DNA of 64,000 bases, from positions 49,476,001 through 49,540,000 of the forward strand of contig OZ024748.1 of the NCBI GenBank assembly GCA_964016885.1, written 5' to 3'. Both the position numbers and the translations under genes were made by a program. The DNA comes from Eledone cirrhosa (taxonomy: Eukaryota). Positions within the stretch are counted from its first letter, which is position 1. Each line of letters opens with the position of its first letter. This document shows, piece by piece, positions 1 through 14,183 of this stretch. Under the pieces are notes generated by a model, which was not told where the DNA came from, did no database searches, and saw nothing but the letters and a program-made list of their open reading frames with translations.

Positions 1-130
1 GTTAAACCAGGAAAGAAGAGCCGAAACTAAAAGCTATGAAAGAGGGCTGTTGTTTCATGAGACGTCAGAAAGTTTGTTTTTCCATATTTATTATGTTACA
101 ATGACAAGTCTTAACTGTGACGTCCATAAC

Positions 131-165
<35 letters not shown>

Positions 166-692
166 CAAACATAGTTCTAAAGACACACAAAACACGGATG
201 ATGATATGGCAGAGTAGTTAAAACAAACGTTCACTCATTCGTGTGTGTGTTATTTACACGCACATACTTACATACTTACATATACATACTTACAAATATA
301 TATTTATATATATATACACATCTATGTATATATATATATATATACACAGTATATACAGTATATATATATATATATATACATATTCATATATATGCATACA
401 CATATATATATACATATATACATATATATATATGTGTGTATGTGTGTGATATGTGTATTAGTGTTTATTTGATACAGAAGAGACTTCTACAGCACTAAAA
501 CTGTTTCATTTGTTTCAAATCATGAAGACTTTCCTCATGAGATTGACTTTCATCCTTGTCGAGTCGATGGAATGGGGTACCAGTGATGCACTGGGATCGA
601 TTTGATCGACTTTTCCCTCCCCCAGGACTGTTGGCTTCATGTCTAATTCAGAAACCATTATTTACAACTTAAACTCTTAGAACATTCTACAG

Positions 693-1009
693 CAGGGGTG
701 TGCAACATATTCCATTGGCGGGCCACATTTGTACATTGGAAGAACTATTAGGGCCATTAATATTTATTAAGCACTATTCCAAAGATTCACCACAACTTCT
801 TTCCATATCATGGAACTGGAAGTTATAACACCCATAACCCTATCAGTGAGGCCCTTTATTATAGGACAACTAACAGAATATTGTATTACGGTTACGAAAA
901 AAATTCTAAATAAGTCTACAAGGTAAAAATTAAAAACGGTCATCATGGGCCACTCTGACTCGTCTGGCGGTCCGGATTGTGGCCCGTGGACCGCCTGTTG
1001 CACGCCCCT
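693..1009. mobile_element. hAT (Charlie-like) MITE
   Basis: Imperfect TIRs CAGGGGTGTGCAAC ... GTTGCACGCCCCT, with ggcgggccaca/tgtggcccgtggaccgcc subterminal motifs typical of hAT MITEs. TSD is not clean. Confidence 0.7.
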
Positions 1010-1269
1010 CTACAACAGCATATAATATACACGCATTAAGTGCCTTCTCTCCCAGTTTTCAAATCCAACACGTATATGAGCATGCCTTACTTACACACAC
1101 TCCATTCTTTCTACCCCCTATCCCTCCACACTCCTTTCCTCCCATTTATCCCACATCACCTCCTTTCTACTTCTTCCCCACTTTATCCCCTGTTCACCTA
1201 CCGACCGTTCCCACACTCTCCCCATTTTCAGTTTTCCACCTCCACATCCAACAACCCTGTAATGAATGC

Positions 1270-2890
1270 CCAATTTTCTACCCCACGGGAGGTCGATAAC
1301 TGCCATTCGTACCCCACTCACAACAGGCACAAGAAAGGAAGTAACTGCTCCAACCGTAACAAGATTCTTCCACCTCTCTTGTGTCAAACTTACTCGGTGA
1401 GCGTCGGAATCCCTGCACCGGTGGCACTGGTCACCTGGCCACCATTCCTGTCCTCCTCGACGCCACAGGTACCTGGCACAACGGGGACCCGAACCTGCCT
1501 GACTCGGACAAGACCATGGTGGCGATCTCCCACCTCAGGCAGTCACGGCGAGTCATCACCAGGATCCCCAAAGCTGCTCGCACTCCCGCGGCCGAAGGGC
1601 TAGCGACGTCCACCGACTGAGTGCTTGATTCGGCGGCTCGCAAGACTGGACCAAACTATTCAGTCTTGCGACTCACGTACTTGGAATCCCATTAGTAGGG
1701 AACCCGACAGTGGGATAGAGATCAGGCCCTTTCCTAACTTCGAGGCTCAAGGGCAATATTGTTTCTTTCTGCAATTCTTTACCTGCGAACCTCTCGGCCC
1801 TCTCGTTCTGCTCACCAGTGCCGACAGAGCATCTGCAGTCCACTTCTGACAGCATGAAACGTCTCCGGGACAGAATAAAACACAAACTAATTGAGGGCGA
1901 CGTTTCGGCAGCGGTACGTGTGCTGGCTTCGAGTGACGTAGTAGCTGCCCTGAGATCCTTCCCAGGCAGCAGCAATGGTGGAGTGGATGGCCTCCTCAGA
2001 GACCTCATGTCGCCTCACACTGCAGAGGCAGGGGCCCGATTGATTTAGTCGCTAACAACCCTTACCAACTCTCTCCTTCGCTTTAATTTGCCCTGCCATG
2101 CCCACGATTTTTTATTCTCAGCCAGTCCTACTGCCCTGAGGCAGAATAACGGAGGTGCCCGCCCCATTGCGGTGGGCAACGTCTTCCGATGACTTCCAAC
2201 TAAGTCAAAGACGAATTGAGCGAGGTGCTAAGCCCTGTCCAGCGCGGAGTGGGAATCAAGTGCGAATATGAGGCTGCAGCCCATGCGGCCAGATATTTCA
2301 TAGGGCACGTGCTTCATTCGTCACCCCACCTCCTTGTGAGGCTGGACATGACAAACGCCTTCAACAGCGTTAGGCGGCATCACGTCCTAGAGGCGAGCCC
2401 CCTCCATATACCCTCTCGCTCACCTCTTGTACGGAAGACCCAGCTTACTCACGACTGCTGACAACAGGGTTACTTCCCCCACGGGTGTCCAGCAAGGGGA
2501 CCCACTCGGCCCGTTCTTCTTTGCGCTGGCAGTCGACGAGATTTCCCGCTCGGTACGGTCGCCTCTCAACGTATAGTACCTGGACGATTCGGGTGACTCG
2601 GCTGAGACGGTAGATGGGGACCTTCGGCCAATCATCCCAGCTCTAAAGTTCCTCGGACTCAAGATCAACCCTTCAAAGTCAGAGGTGATAAACGTTAGCT
2701 ACGGAGAGGCCGAATTCTACAACACCGTACTCAGCACACATCCATCCCATCTTGTCCGGGGCTCGGCTAACGCCCAAAGATGCGATTTGCATTCTTGGTT
2801 GTCCATTTCTCTCGAAAGTCATAAGAGAGTGCCTGGAGACCAAGCACGTAGACTTGTCCCGAATGGCAGAGAGGTTGTGTCTCATTGACG
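1270..2890 (+). pseudogene. CRE-clade non-LTR retrotransposon, frameshifted N-terminal and RT region
   Basis: Motifs across frames: VITRIPKAAR, LIEGDVSAAVRVLASSD, AALRSFPGSSNGGVDGL, RPIAVGNVF, SPVQRGVG..EAAAHAARYF, LDMTNAFNSVRR, GVQQGDPLGPFFFALAV, YLDD. Multiple stops and frameshifts. Confidence 0.85.
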
Positions 2891-3169
2891 CTCATCTTTA
2901 TTTTACATATCTCTAAATTTTTGTTTAATTCACTTTCAATTTATTATAGAAACATTTCTTTAATAAAATAATAAACGAGTAACTACATAAATGAATGACT
3001 GTAAAATAATTAGAAAAAAATATATTTCAAAACGGAAAAGGAAGGGAAGAGGCAAAGGCTCTAGGGCCACTCAAGAATGGGGGGGGGGGTGCAAGGAGGG
3101 AGGGAAGGCAGAGAGGGAAGGGGGAGGACGATGGTCTCTCGGCCTAGGGCTCGGTGCTGTTGGGGTTGC

Positions 3170-3545
3170 GCCCCACGGAAAAGACTGCAAAAGCATTTCC
3201 GCCGACAATGGCTAGTCATATCCGCTGCAACAATCACCCCGCAACGCAGGGGTCCTTCTTCTGACGGGCTGCTGACGTTCCGATCTTGCAGAGGAGCTCG
3301 GCGGTACGGAGTCCGAGTATGCCTGAGGTCTCGACGGCGACCGGAGCGAAGATGAAGCGGCCGGACAATCCTCGGTATTTGTTTGTCTTCCTTTCCTCTG
3401 CATTGTGGGCCGCAGTACTGGTGTTTGTGGCCGAAGCGACTAAGCTGGAGGCGGAGAACGAGTCACAATATGTGGTGTCACAGATGAGGGATCTATCTCC
3501 TTCGAATGGGAAGAGGGTAATTCCGTCGGCGAAAAAAGCCTGGCA
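3170..3545 (-). pseudogene. CRE-type restriction-like endonuclease (RLE) C-terminus
   Basis: DGITLFPFEGDRSLICDTTYCDSF...AEERKTNKY..L...FIFAPVAVETSGILG, followed by LAIVGGNAF. Confidence 0.8.
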
Positions 3546-3725
3546 ATAAAAGGAGAAAGGAGTCCCACATAAGAAATCTTGGAAGGTAATTGGAAGATCC
3601 AGACCATACACCAACGGTAGCAAGAAATGTTATCTCTATCTGAGTGAGAAATTTAGGATATTACAAGATTTGTCATCTTCGAATAATATTTACTTGAAAT
3701 CAAAGAGTAAAATCTTATGCCATAT
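3545..3725 (+). pseudogene. Penelope-like GIY-YIG endonuclease fragment
   Basis: Translates to WKVIGRSRPYTNGSKKCYLYLSEKFRIL, matching the C-terminal C-x-L-C-x-x-E region of PLE endonucleases. Confidence 0.75.
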
Positions 3726-4054
3726 ACTACGTTCCTAATTATGCAGTTAATATGCGGGCTTAGCTTGCAGACGAAATAATATAATATAATATAATATGGC
3801 GATTGTCAAACTGATCAGTTTGACAATCGCCGACGAATGCAAGAAAGTTCTCTAGGAAAGTTAATTTAAGCTTTAAAAATCTTCCCACCGAAGTTAAGAA
3901 GTACTTACTAGATCTACAAAACCAAATTGTAAATTTATAATATTATAAAATTAAATTAAATCCTTTAGAACTACAAGTGAAGTCATTCTTTTCCTTTTTT
4001 TAAATATACTCAACTATACCAAGAATTTCACATATTTTCCAATATATATATATA

Positions 4055-5177
<1,123 letters not shown>

Positions 5178-5589
5178 CGTTCCCTGGCAAAGAACGGGAA
5201 AAAACGAATATAATACGTCATTAATAGGAGCGGTGAAAAACAATTACACGGAAAACAAAACCATGTTTATGGTATAAAAGATGTCGTAGACTAATATTCT
5301 CTTATGTGGTTCATAGAGTCGTTCTCTGGCAATGAACGGAGAAAACGAAGATAATACGTCATATGTGGAGCGTGGAGAACAATTGCACGCAAAGACAAAA
5401 CCACGTAAATGGTATAACTGAAGTCGTAGACTAAAATTCTAACTAGGAAACCGAATGATTCTCGGCTTCAGAGTTAAGAATAAAGTAAATAAAATACAGA
5501 GGTAATTGAAATTAAATAAGTACATACACGTACATCCATATACGTACATACACAAGCATACATAGGTATACAAATACACGCACATATAA

Positions 5590-5640
<51 letters not shown>

Positions 5641-6899
5641 TGTATACAAATAATTAAATAAACGTATATAAATAAATAAATACGTATATAACAAGCGCAC
5701 AAACATACCTACATGTAAATACACAAATGTTCGGATACGTACGTCAACCAAAACACGAAGTACACATATACACACACCCTACATACGTACGAACCCGCAT
5801 ACTCACACAGACGTAAAACTCACGTATACACATAACCAAAAGCATATGTACCAGAATATATATCAATATACGCCATAACATATACAATCAGATATACGTA
5901 TGAGAAAGTATACGTACCTTCACAAAACATACAGGTAATATATACTTACCTATGCAAATAAGTAATGGTATAAACATAACATATACTTAGCTACCACATC
6001 AAGACGTAAAATATCCGCGTATAGATCATACTATCCGTTAGGGTATAATGTGGGGCTGTAATACAGGAAAGTTTTGTGCAATTTATGTTTACAAGCCGAA
6101 ATTGCCTCAGATTTTTTGTTTAATATGTGGTCTGTGGCGTAGAGTATTTCCAGGGCCTCAGCGGCGCAGAGGTCACATGGTCTTTTATTTCCGTTATACG
6201 ATCTAGCCCTAGCTAGGATCTCCCAGTGTAACTTATATTGGGTGTGGCTGTCTTTTAGACTCCAGATATAAGCTGAAAGTGACGTCATATTCATTCTTAG
6301 AGGGTAACGAAAAGAATGGGTATGCATGTAAAAACGCTGCTTGAATCTATTGGCGGTTAACCCTATCTAGGCCCGACGTAGACAATGTTACTTGAGAGGC
6401 ATTTCCCGGATAGGGGTCAATCAACCCGATTCCTACAATTACAGTTAGTACTAACTACAGGGTTGCACGTGTTCCTACGGCTAGGTAGTTTAGCTAAATT
6501 TGAAGCTGTGGTGTTATGTGCAAGGTTAGGAGTTGTAGAGTAAGAAATTTTAATAGTATTTCTATTAAAAATTTTACTATATTTATGTGTAGGGGGAAAA
6601 TGCTTCGTAATAAGGGATAGAAAGATCTTAGCTAATGGTGTGGCCACCTCCATATTATATGGTGGGTTATACCATATAATGCGTCGGGATCTATTTCTTC
6701 TAGGTCTATTCTCGTACTCTATATATGCTACCTTATCGACAAATCCACTCCGAGCAAGAGCTTCATTGTAATATGTGGAATGGTCGTTGAAAATATGCTC
6801 GTTAGTAGATAGACGGGAAAGCCTCAAAGAAACGTTTCTTAACAGGTTCTTGGTTATGCTGGCAGGATGGTTAGAATGCTTACTTAGAGCACTCTATTG

Positions 6900-7075
6900 A
6901 CTTATATTCATCATGCAGAAACAACATCTGAATATTTATACAAAGAACATACCCGTACCAAGCAGGAAAACATACCCAAAACTCCTGATACAAAAAACAG
7001 ACGCGTTCATTAAAAGGTTGCGTTGGCGTGCCTTTTATTTCGATAATCAGCGAAAAGCAGACAACAAACAGGATA
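6900..7075 (+). pseudogene. Penelope ORF N-terminal fragment, opposite strand to the adjacent body
   Basis: YTKNIPVPSRKTYPKLLIQKTDAFIKRLRWRAFYF is typical of the PLE ORF N-terminus. Confidence 0.75.
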
Positions 7076-7125
7076 AACGATTGTCAGCTATTAAATGATT
7101 TGAACACAACTTTGATAATTGTATA

Positions 7126-7165
<40 letters not shown>

Positions 7166-7184
7166 TCTATCGGTCGCAATTCCA

Positions 7185-7281
7185 GGTAGAAGGAGCAATG
7201 TGAAATAAAGTGTCTTGCTCAAGGACATAACGCATCGCCTGGTCCAGGAATTGAACTCACAACCTCACGATTCCGAATCCA
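7185..7281 (-). mobile_element. tRNA-derived SINE, family B, 5' part
   Basis: Reverse strand reads tggctgagtggttagag (A box), gagttcaattcc (B box), then gtccttgagcaagacactttatttcac. Confidence 0.8.
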
Positions 7282-7298
7282 ATTCTCTAACCACTCAG

Positions 7299-8061
<763 letters not shown>

Positions 8062-8513
8062 GATGTGACATATATTTTACGAGAATTCAAGTTCAAATTC
8101 AAATTAAAACAGTTAAAACAAGGGAATAGTCCAAATATTAAATATTAAAGAGGCATTGCGGAAGTAGTTTTGAGAAAGGAAGAGTGCAATAACAATTCAT
8201 ATGCAGGCTTGCGGATAGTGCGACTGCGTAACTCATATACACGAGAAGGAGACAAGCAAAGCTATCATGCATTATATGTGCAAACATTGATAATGCTCCG
8301 ATGACTCCAAACGAGAGTTTGGAAGAAACGATTGTCAGCTATTAAATGATTTGAACACAACTTTGATAATTGTATAATTTATTTATTTTTCTGCTCTGTA
8401 AAACAACTGATGTTCATACATTGAACTATTTCTCTTACTGGTAATAAGGTAATTAAGAAATTACTGACCTTCCTGTTTATGGTTGTTTATACTATATACA
8501 TAACTATAAATAG

Positions 8514-8580
<67 letters not shown>

Positions 8581-8581
<1 letters not shown>

Positions 8582-8760
8582 GTTAAATTATTCCAGGTTG
8601 AATCGGAGTTAACCACAGTAAGTAAGGTACTCAATACACAGCAGAGTATAAAAGTTTTAATATAGATGAGATTCTACAGGACTAAAACTGTTTCATTCTT
8701 TAGAAATCATCAGGAGTCTGGCTTTCCAAAATAAATGTTGTGAAAGATCCCAACTTATTA
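8581..8760 (-). mobile_element. PLE pLTR-type fragment with HHR motif (8669-8719)
   Basis: Minus strand gacuc-CUGAUGA-uuucuaaagaau-GAAAC-ag...cugua-gaauc, then TATTGAGTAC and a junction to (TA)n. Homologous to 481-530 and 61038-61186. Confidence 0.6.
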
Positions 8761-9149
8761 AATTATTAAATCTATAAATATACATCATTTGGAATATAGT
8801 TTCTAAAATTAGAATCTTCTAAGAATATCGATTTTATCGCCTGAGACTGCTTTCTGTCAGACAATAAATTATACTGCCTAATGAGAATTTTGACGTGACA
8901 AGCTGGAAAGGGGAACAGATAAACTCTGCTTAGAACATTTTGCTAGCTTTCACAACATTCTTCCAGCTAAACTGAAAGTGTTCCTGCAATTAGCTAATGT
9001 GATAACTACACCTGGATAAATTCCCCAAACGCTACATATGGTATTAATACACATTATTAAATTACTTGTACAATTAGCAAACATCAAAAAAGCCCCGTAA
9101 ACCAAACTACGTGAACACATCAAACTAATGTGACAATACATTTGATGTT

Positions 9150-9420
9150 GCAACACATTCAACTGACTCGTCATAACACATTTTTTACAGTAGTCGCAAA
9201 ATGGCCGAATGGTGAAGAAGTCTAGCTTCGTAAACTTGAAGTTCCCCAGTTTGATTTCATAGATGTAGCACCGTTGCAGTGCATTCATTAACACTTTCTT
9301 AGCCACAAAGTCTATTGATGTTTCTCGCCGTTTGTGCTACACTGCAGCCATGTTCAAACTCATAGAAATATATTTGGCAAAAATCCTATTTTGACATCTT
9401 ACCTTCAAAGATCTGAAAAT
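9150..9420 (-). pseudogene. mariner transposase N-terminal HTH relic
   Basis: MSK*DFCQIYFYEFEHGCSVAQTARNINRLCG*ESVNECT resembles the mariner FLYEFKLG..AAETARNIN..G...V.ERT consensus. Confidence 0.75.
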
Positions 9421-9574
9421 TGACAAAAATTCAATATATATTAAATATAGATTACATAGAAAGAAAAACAAGCTTTAAAATGTAATTATGCACAGCTTGC
9501 GTGAGTTTTTAAATCTTTAAATCATGTTAAAAGAAATAAAAACATAATAACTGCATTAATTTCTGAGCAACCTA

Positions 9575-9750
9575 ATCGGTAGAGGGTCGGAGGCCATGCT
9601 TTGCAACATAGAATTATGGCCCTTTACAGTCTGAGTTCAAATCCTGCAGAGGTTAACTTTGCCTTTCATCCTAACGGAGTTGATAAAATAAAGCACCAGT
9701 AATACACTAGTATAATTGCTGGCCTTGTGCCAAAAGTAGAAGCAATTATT
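9575..9750 (+). mobile_element. tRNA-derived SINE, family A (short tail)
   Basis: ctgagttcaaatcc B box, gcctttcatcct..gataaaataaag core, tgctggccttgtgcc..agaagcaattatt tail. Confidence 0.85.
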
Positions 9751-9869
9751 AAACACTATAGAATCTTTGGAGTAACGTTACTCGATAGAATGCGTAGCTC
9801 AGAGATCAAGAGTCACGACCCCACCCACCAGGTATAAGTGGGAGAAGAAGAAGAAGAAGAAGAAGTGCT

Positions 9870-10140
9870 CCGAGTTCAAATCCTGCCGAGGTTAACTTTG
9901 CTTTCATCTTTTTGAGATCGATAAAAATAGTATTATTCCAGTACTGGGGTCGATTCTTCCTCAAAATCTTTCTCATTTCTTTCCTATTACTTTATCTCCC
10001 TTCTTCTATGGAAGAAATCAGTCATGTTTAGACATGAAGTCGGACTGGCTCCATCAAGTATAATATGTCAAGACACACCGAATGTCATGATGGCGCCCCT
10101 ACGATTCTATCAGGAGTTATGTGCCCAATCATATATGCAT
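9870..10140 (+). mobile_element. SINE family A, long-tail variant
   Basis: Same core, then a CT-rich linker and ggcgcccctacgattctatcaggagttatg tail, shared with 23400-23765, 23770-24085 (-), 54825-55150 and 58100-58340. Confidence 0.7.
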
Positions 10141-10534
10141 ATTAAACATCCTGCGTTAGTGAGCTAAAATTAAAAATTGAAATATAACAATGGCTCTTCT
10201 AGCGCATCTCCCTTACCATCCTCCGGGGAAACGCCTTCTCCATTCTGTTCGCCGGGGCTGTGGGGAGGCCAGCACGTGGGACCCCATTTGCTCACTATAC
10301 AGAGAGATGGGGAGGGCGAGAGAGATGGAGGCGATGACAGCGGGAGTTCGGCTCTTCCACGTTCGGACCATATCCTTGTGGTTGTGCTCATTATCTATAG
10401 AGATCATTCTATTACCCAAGTTGAAAACAGCCATCACATTTGTGCCTGTATTTGTATATACTCACCATAGGTACATCACAGCTATTGACAATAATTGAAG
10501 CTTCGAGTATTTCTTGTGAGTTCTTGACAAAGAA

Positions 10535-10915
10535 TAATTGTTTCTACTTTAGGCACAAGGCCAGCAATTACCCAGTGCATTACTGGTACTTTATTTTATC
10601 GACCCCGTAAGGATGAAAGGCAAAGTTAACTTCGGCGGGATTTGAACTCAGATCGTAAAGGGACGTAACTATGCTGGAAAGCATGGCGTCCGACCCTCCA
10701 GCGATACTGCCAATCCATTGAATAAATAATTGTTTCTACTTTAAACACAAGGCCAGCAATTACCCAGTGCATTACTGGTACTTTATTTTATCGACCCCGT
10801 AAGGATGAAAGGCAAAGTCAACCTCGGCGGGATTTGAACTCAGATCGTAAAGGGACGTAACTATGCTGGAAAGCATGGCGTCCGACCCTCCAGCGATACT
10901 GCCAATCCACCGCCA
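10535..10915 (-). mobile_element. Two tandem SINE A copies
   Basis: Near-identical ~185-bp copies (10535-10715 and 10727-10915), flanked by the direct repeat cttgacaaagaataat. Confidence 0.9.
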
Positions 10916-11216
10916 TTCACAAAGAATCCTTGACAAAGAATAATAATCAAGAAAAACAATAACAAGGACAGCTGCATTGGACCGTCGTCGGTTTCGACGA
11001 CGAGTGTTCCATCTGTTCGACCAATGGTAACATTAAGTTGAAAGTAATTGAGCCACGTGTACGTTTAAAGTAATTGCCAGGGAGATTCAGCGTGATACAG
11101 TGTATGACAAGTCTGGCTGACTGAATTACAAATACAGTCCATCTGGCTGTAAGAGATACAGAGGAAGAATCGACCCCAATATTTGAGAGAGAGAGAGAGA
11201 GAGAGTGAGAGAGAGA

Positions 11217-11278
<62 letters not shown>

Positions 11279-11316
11279 AAGAAAGAGAGAGAGTGAGTGA
11301 GTGAGTGAGTGAGTAG

Positions 11317-11360
<44 letters not shown>

Positions 11361-11361
11361 T

Positions 11362-11439
<78 letters not shown>

Positions 11440-11441
<2 letters not shown>

Positions 11442-11775
11442 AGAAACTCCCTTCGGCCACTAATGTCCATCGGATTAGCACCTAGAAAGTTCTCCTCCAA
11501 GAGGTAAGCCTCCGAGGGCAAGGTTGTATGTGGAAGACCAGCAGTCATCCATGCATACCAGTCTCTCCTCTCCATTCCACAGATGTAGTCCAAGAGAAAA
11601 GGCAATGGCCGATACAACTTGGCACTAGTGACCTCGCAACTCATTTCTACAGCTGAGTAAACCGGAGCGGCGTGAAATAAAGTGTCTTGCTTAAGGACAC
11701 AACACATCACCCTGTCCAAAAATCGAACTCACAATCTCACGTTTGCAAGCCCAACGCTCTAACCACTAAGCCATA
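11440..11775 (-). mobile_element. tRNA-derived SINE family B, near full length
   Basis: tggcttagtggttagagcg..gagttcgatt head and gtccttaagcaagacactttatttc core. Tail homologous to 45400-45608. Ends at a (GA)n tract. Confidence 0.85.
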
Positions 11776-12543
11776 TTTGTCTGCTACCTTATCTGTCGAC
11801 CTTGAAAGAGTGAAGGGTAAAGTTGTTCTCCGGCGAGTTTTGAACTCGGTGTGCAGAGAGAGACGGAACGAATAAGCCAGCATTCTATCGGACGTTCTAA
11901 CGATACTGTCTGTTGGCTTTGCCGTCGTCCTCCGGGGAAACGTCTTCTCCATTCCACGTATCATTCCACTGAATCAAGTTTTTAAAAAAATTACTGCTGG
12001 AAAGGCAAGCGCATGCATCGTTTGGTTGTCGTCTGTCATTTTTGTTGCTCCAGTCTAACATCATTGATCAGTTAAGAACAATGGACGACATAACAATCCT
12101 ATCTGTTAATACTTCACTAATACTGAGACTAATACTTGTTTCTACTTTAGGCAACAAGGCCAGCAATTACCCAGTGCATTACTGGTACTTTATTTTATCG
12201 ACCCCGTAAGGATGAAAGGCAAAGTCAACCTCGGCGAGACTAATACTGATACTAATATAGATTACAAACACTGTAAGACTGTTTAAGACAAACTTAAGAT
12301 GACAACATTACAGTAGTCTCGATATGAAAGAACTTTGTGAACTGGTTTATATTTCTTTGGTGTTGTCTCTTAAACACATCTAATTCTCTCTCTCAATTTC
12401 TCTCAATTTCTTTCTCTCGCTCTCTTTCTCCACCTCCCTCTCTCTCTCTATCTCTCTATCTATTTATCTATTTCACACACATCCATGTCATTTTTCTTTC
12501 TCTCTCCCAATCTATCTATCTATCTATCTATCGCAAACACACA

Positions 12544-12594
<51 letters not shown>

Positions 12595-13491
12595 ACGCGT
12601 AATTCACTCTCCCTTTCTCTTTCTCTCGTTCTTTTCCCCTCTCTAACTCTCTCTCATCCCTCTCTCCCTCTCTCTCTATCTATCTATTTCACACACACCC
12701 ATGTCATTTTTCCTCTTTTTCTCTCTCCCCCTATCTATCTATCTCTCTATCTACCTATTTATCTCACACACACGTAATTAACTCTCCCTATCTCTCTCCC
12801 TTTCTCTCCCCCTCTCTTTCTATCTCTCTCTCTCTCTATATATATATATATTTATTTATTTATCTATGTCTCTATCTATCTGCCTATCTCTTCCCTTCTC
12901 TCTCTATTTATATATATTCATCTATGTATATATCTATTCTATTTATTACACACACACACACATATATATATATATTCAACTATCCAATATATGTACCTAT
13001 TTTATTTATCTTTGTATATATATCTTATTCATCTATTATATATATATATATGTATCTATATCAGTCTTTCTGTTCTTTTCATTGTTTGTTTTCTTAAAAA
13101 TCAAACTATTTTTGAAATCAACCCAATCGGTCAAGGATTCCGCTGTATCTTGTCATCAAATTCGAAGAAAAACATTCTCATTATTTATATCAAATAACTT
13201 CATTTATATCAAATAACTTCATAAATAATCCCTACTGTTCTTTGATGTTAGATAATATTCAATGTCTAAAACAATCGTCCGTTGTGTGTCATCTGTCGTC
13301 TGTTTCCACTGAATTTCATCTTTGTAATCTGTTATGTTCCAATAATCATCTCCCCGAAACAAGTTTTGTTTCATTTAAAATTGTTATTAAAATTAAGAAT
13401 GGATGGCAGATAATTCGTAAAATATTAATATTAAAAAAAATAAAAAATAAAAACAAAATATATATATATATAGGTATATATATATATATAT

Positions 13492-13564
<73 letters not shown>

Positions 13565-13567
<3 letters not shown>

Positions 13568-13713
13568 CGGAGGAAATGTGGTAAGGAACCAGGAGGACCA
13601 TAACGCACCAAAGTACTCAATACTTAGGGTAGTAGAGTGGGTAATAGAGTGGGTAACAGTCCAGAATTAGCCGTCGAAACGGTTTGAGCTCAGCCGTCGA
13701 GGTCCTACTCGTT

Positions 13714-13718
<5 letters not shown>
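13565..13718 (-). mobile_element. (TA)n-embedded pLTR hairpin-family copy with one arm deleted
   Basis: Same tail and arm sequence as the copies at 22157, 32343 and 60206. Confidence 0.85.
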
Positions 13719-13774
<56 letters not shown>

Positions 13775-14183
13775 CTTCAAGCTTAAATATACAATATTAC
13801 TTAATCACTTAATAAAATGAATTTCTATGAGAGTGTGTGATTTTAGGTACAAAAACAACAATAAAACAATTAAACAAACACAACAAAAACAACCGACTAT
13901 ATTTCCTTTAAGATATCTTAATGATTTACGAGTCACGGATAGACTAATAGGTGTGATACTATCTACTATCTGTAGATTAGTAGATAAGGCATTATGCTAT
14001 ATGCAATAAGATGACTGGTATCTTATCAGAAGTGTAGCGATATGTAGGTGGTCAACACAAAACTTATAAAGGAACAGCCCACCTGGCTGTAAAGTAGGTA
14101 CCAAAAGGGAACCAGAAATCACTACCTTAAGCAATGACAACATTGGAAAATTGATCACTGTTTCGTAAGCTTGAAATTGTGAG

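Noticed and set aside
8950-9306. 118-aa ORF as a host gene
   Set aside because: It overlaps a frameshifted mariner transposase relic.
9396-9420. 10-nt microexon on - (ttttcag ATCTTTGAAG gtaaga)
   Set aside because: It lies in the 5' region of a mariner relic immediately before its ATG, with no supporting neighbouring exons.
11700-11775. tRNA gene
   Set aside because: A and B boxes run into a SINE core, with no complete acceptor stem or terminator. This is a SINE head.
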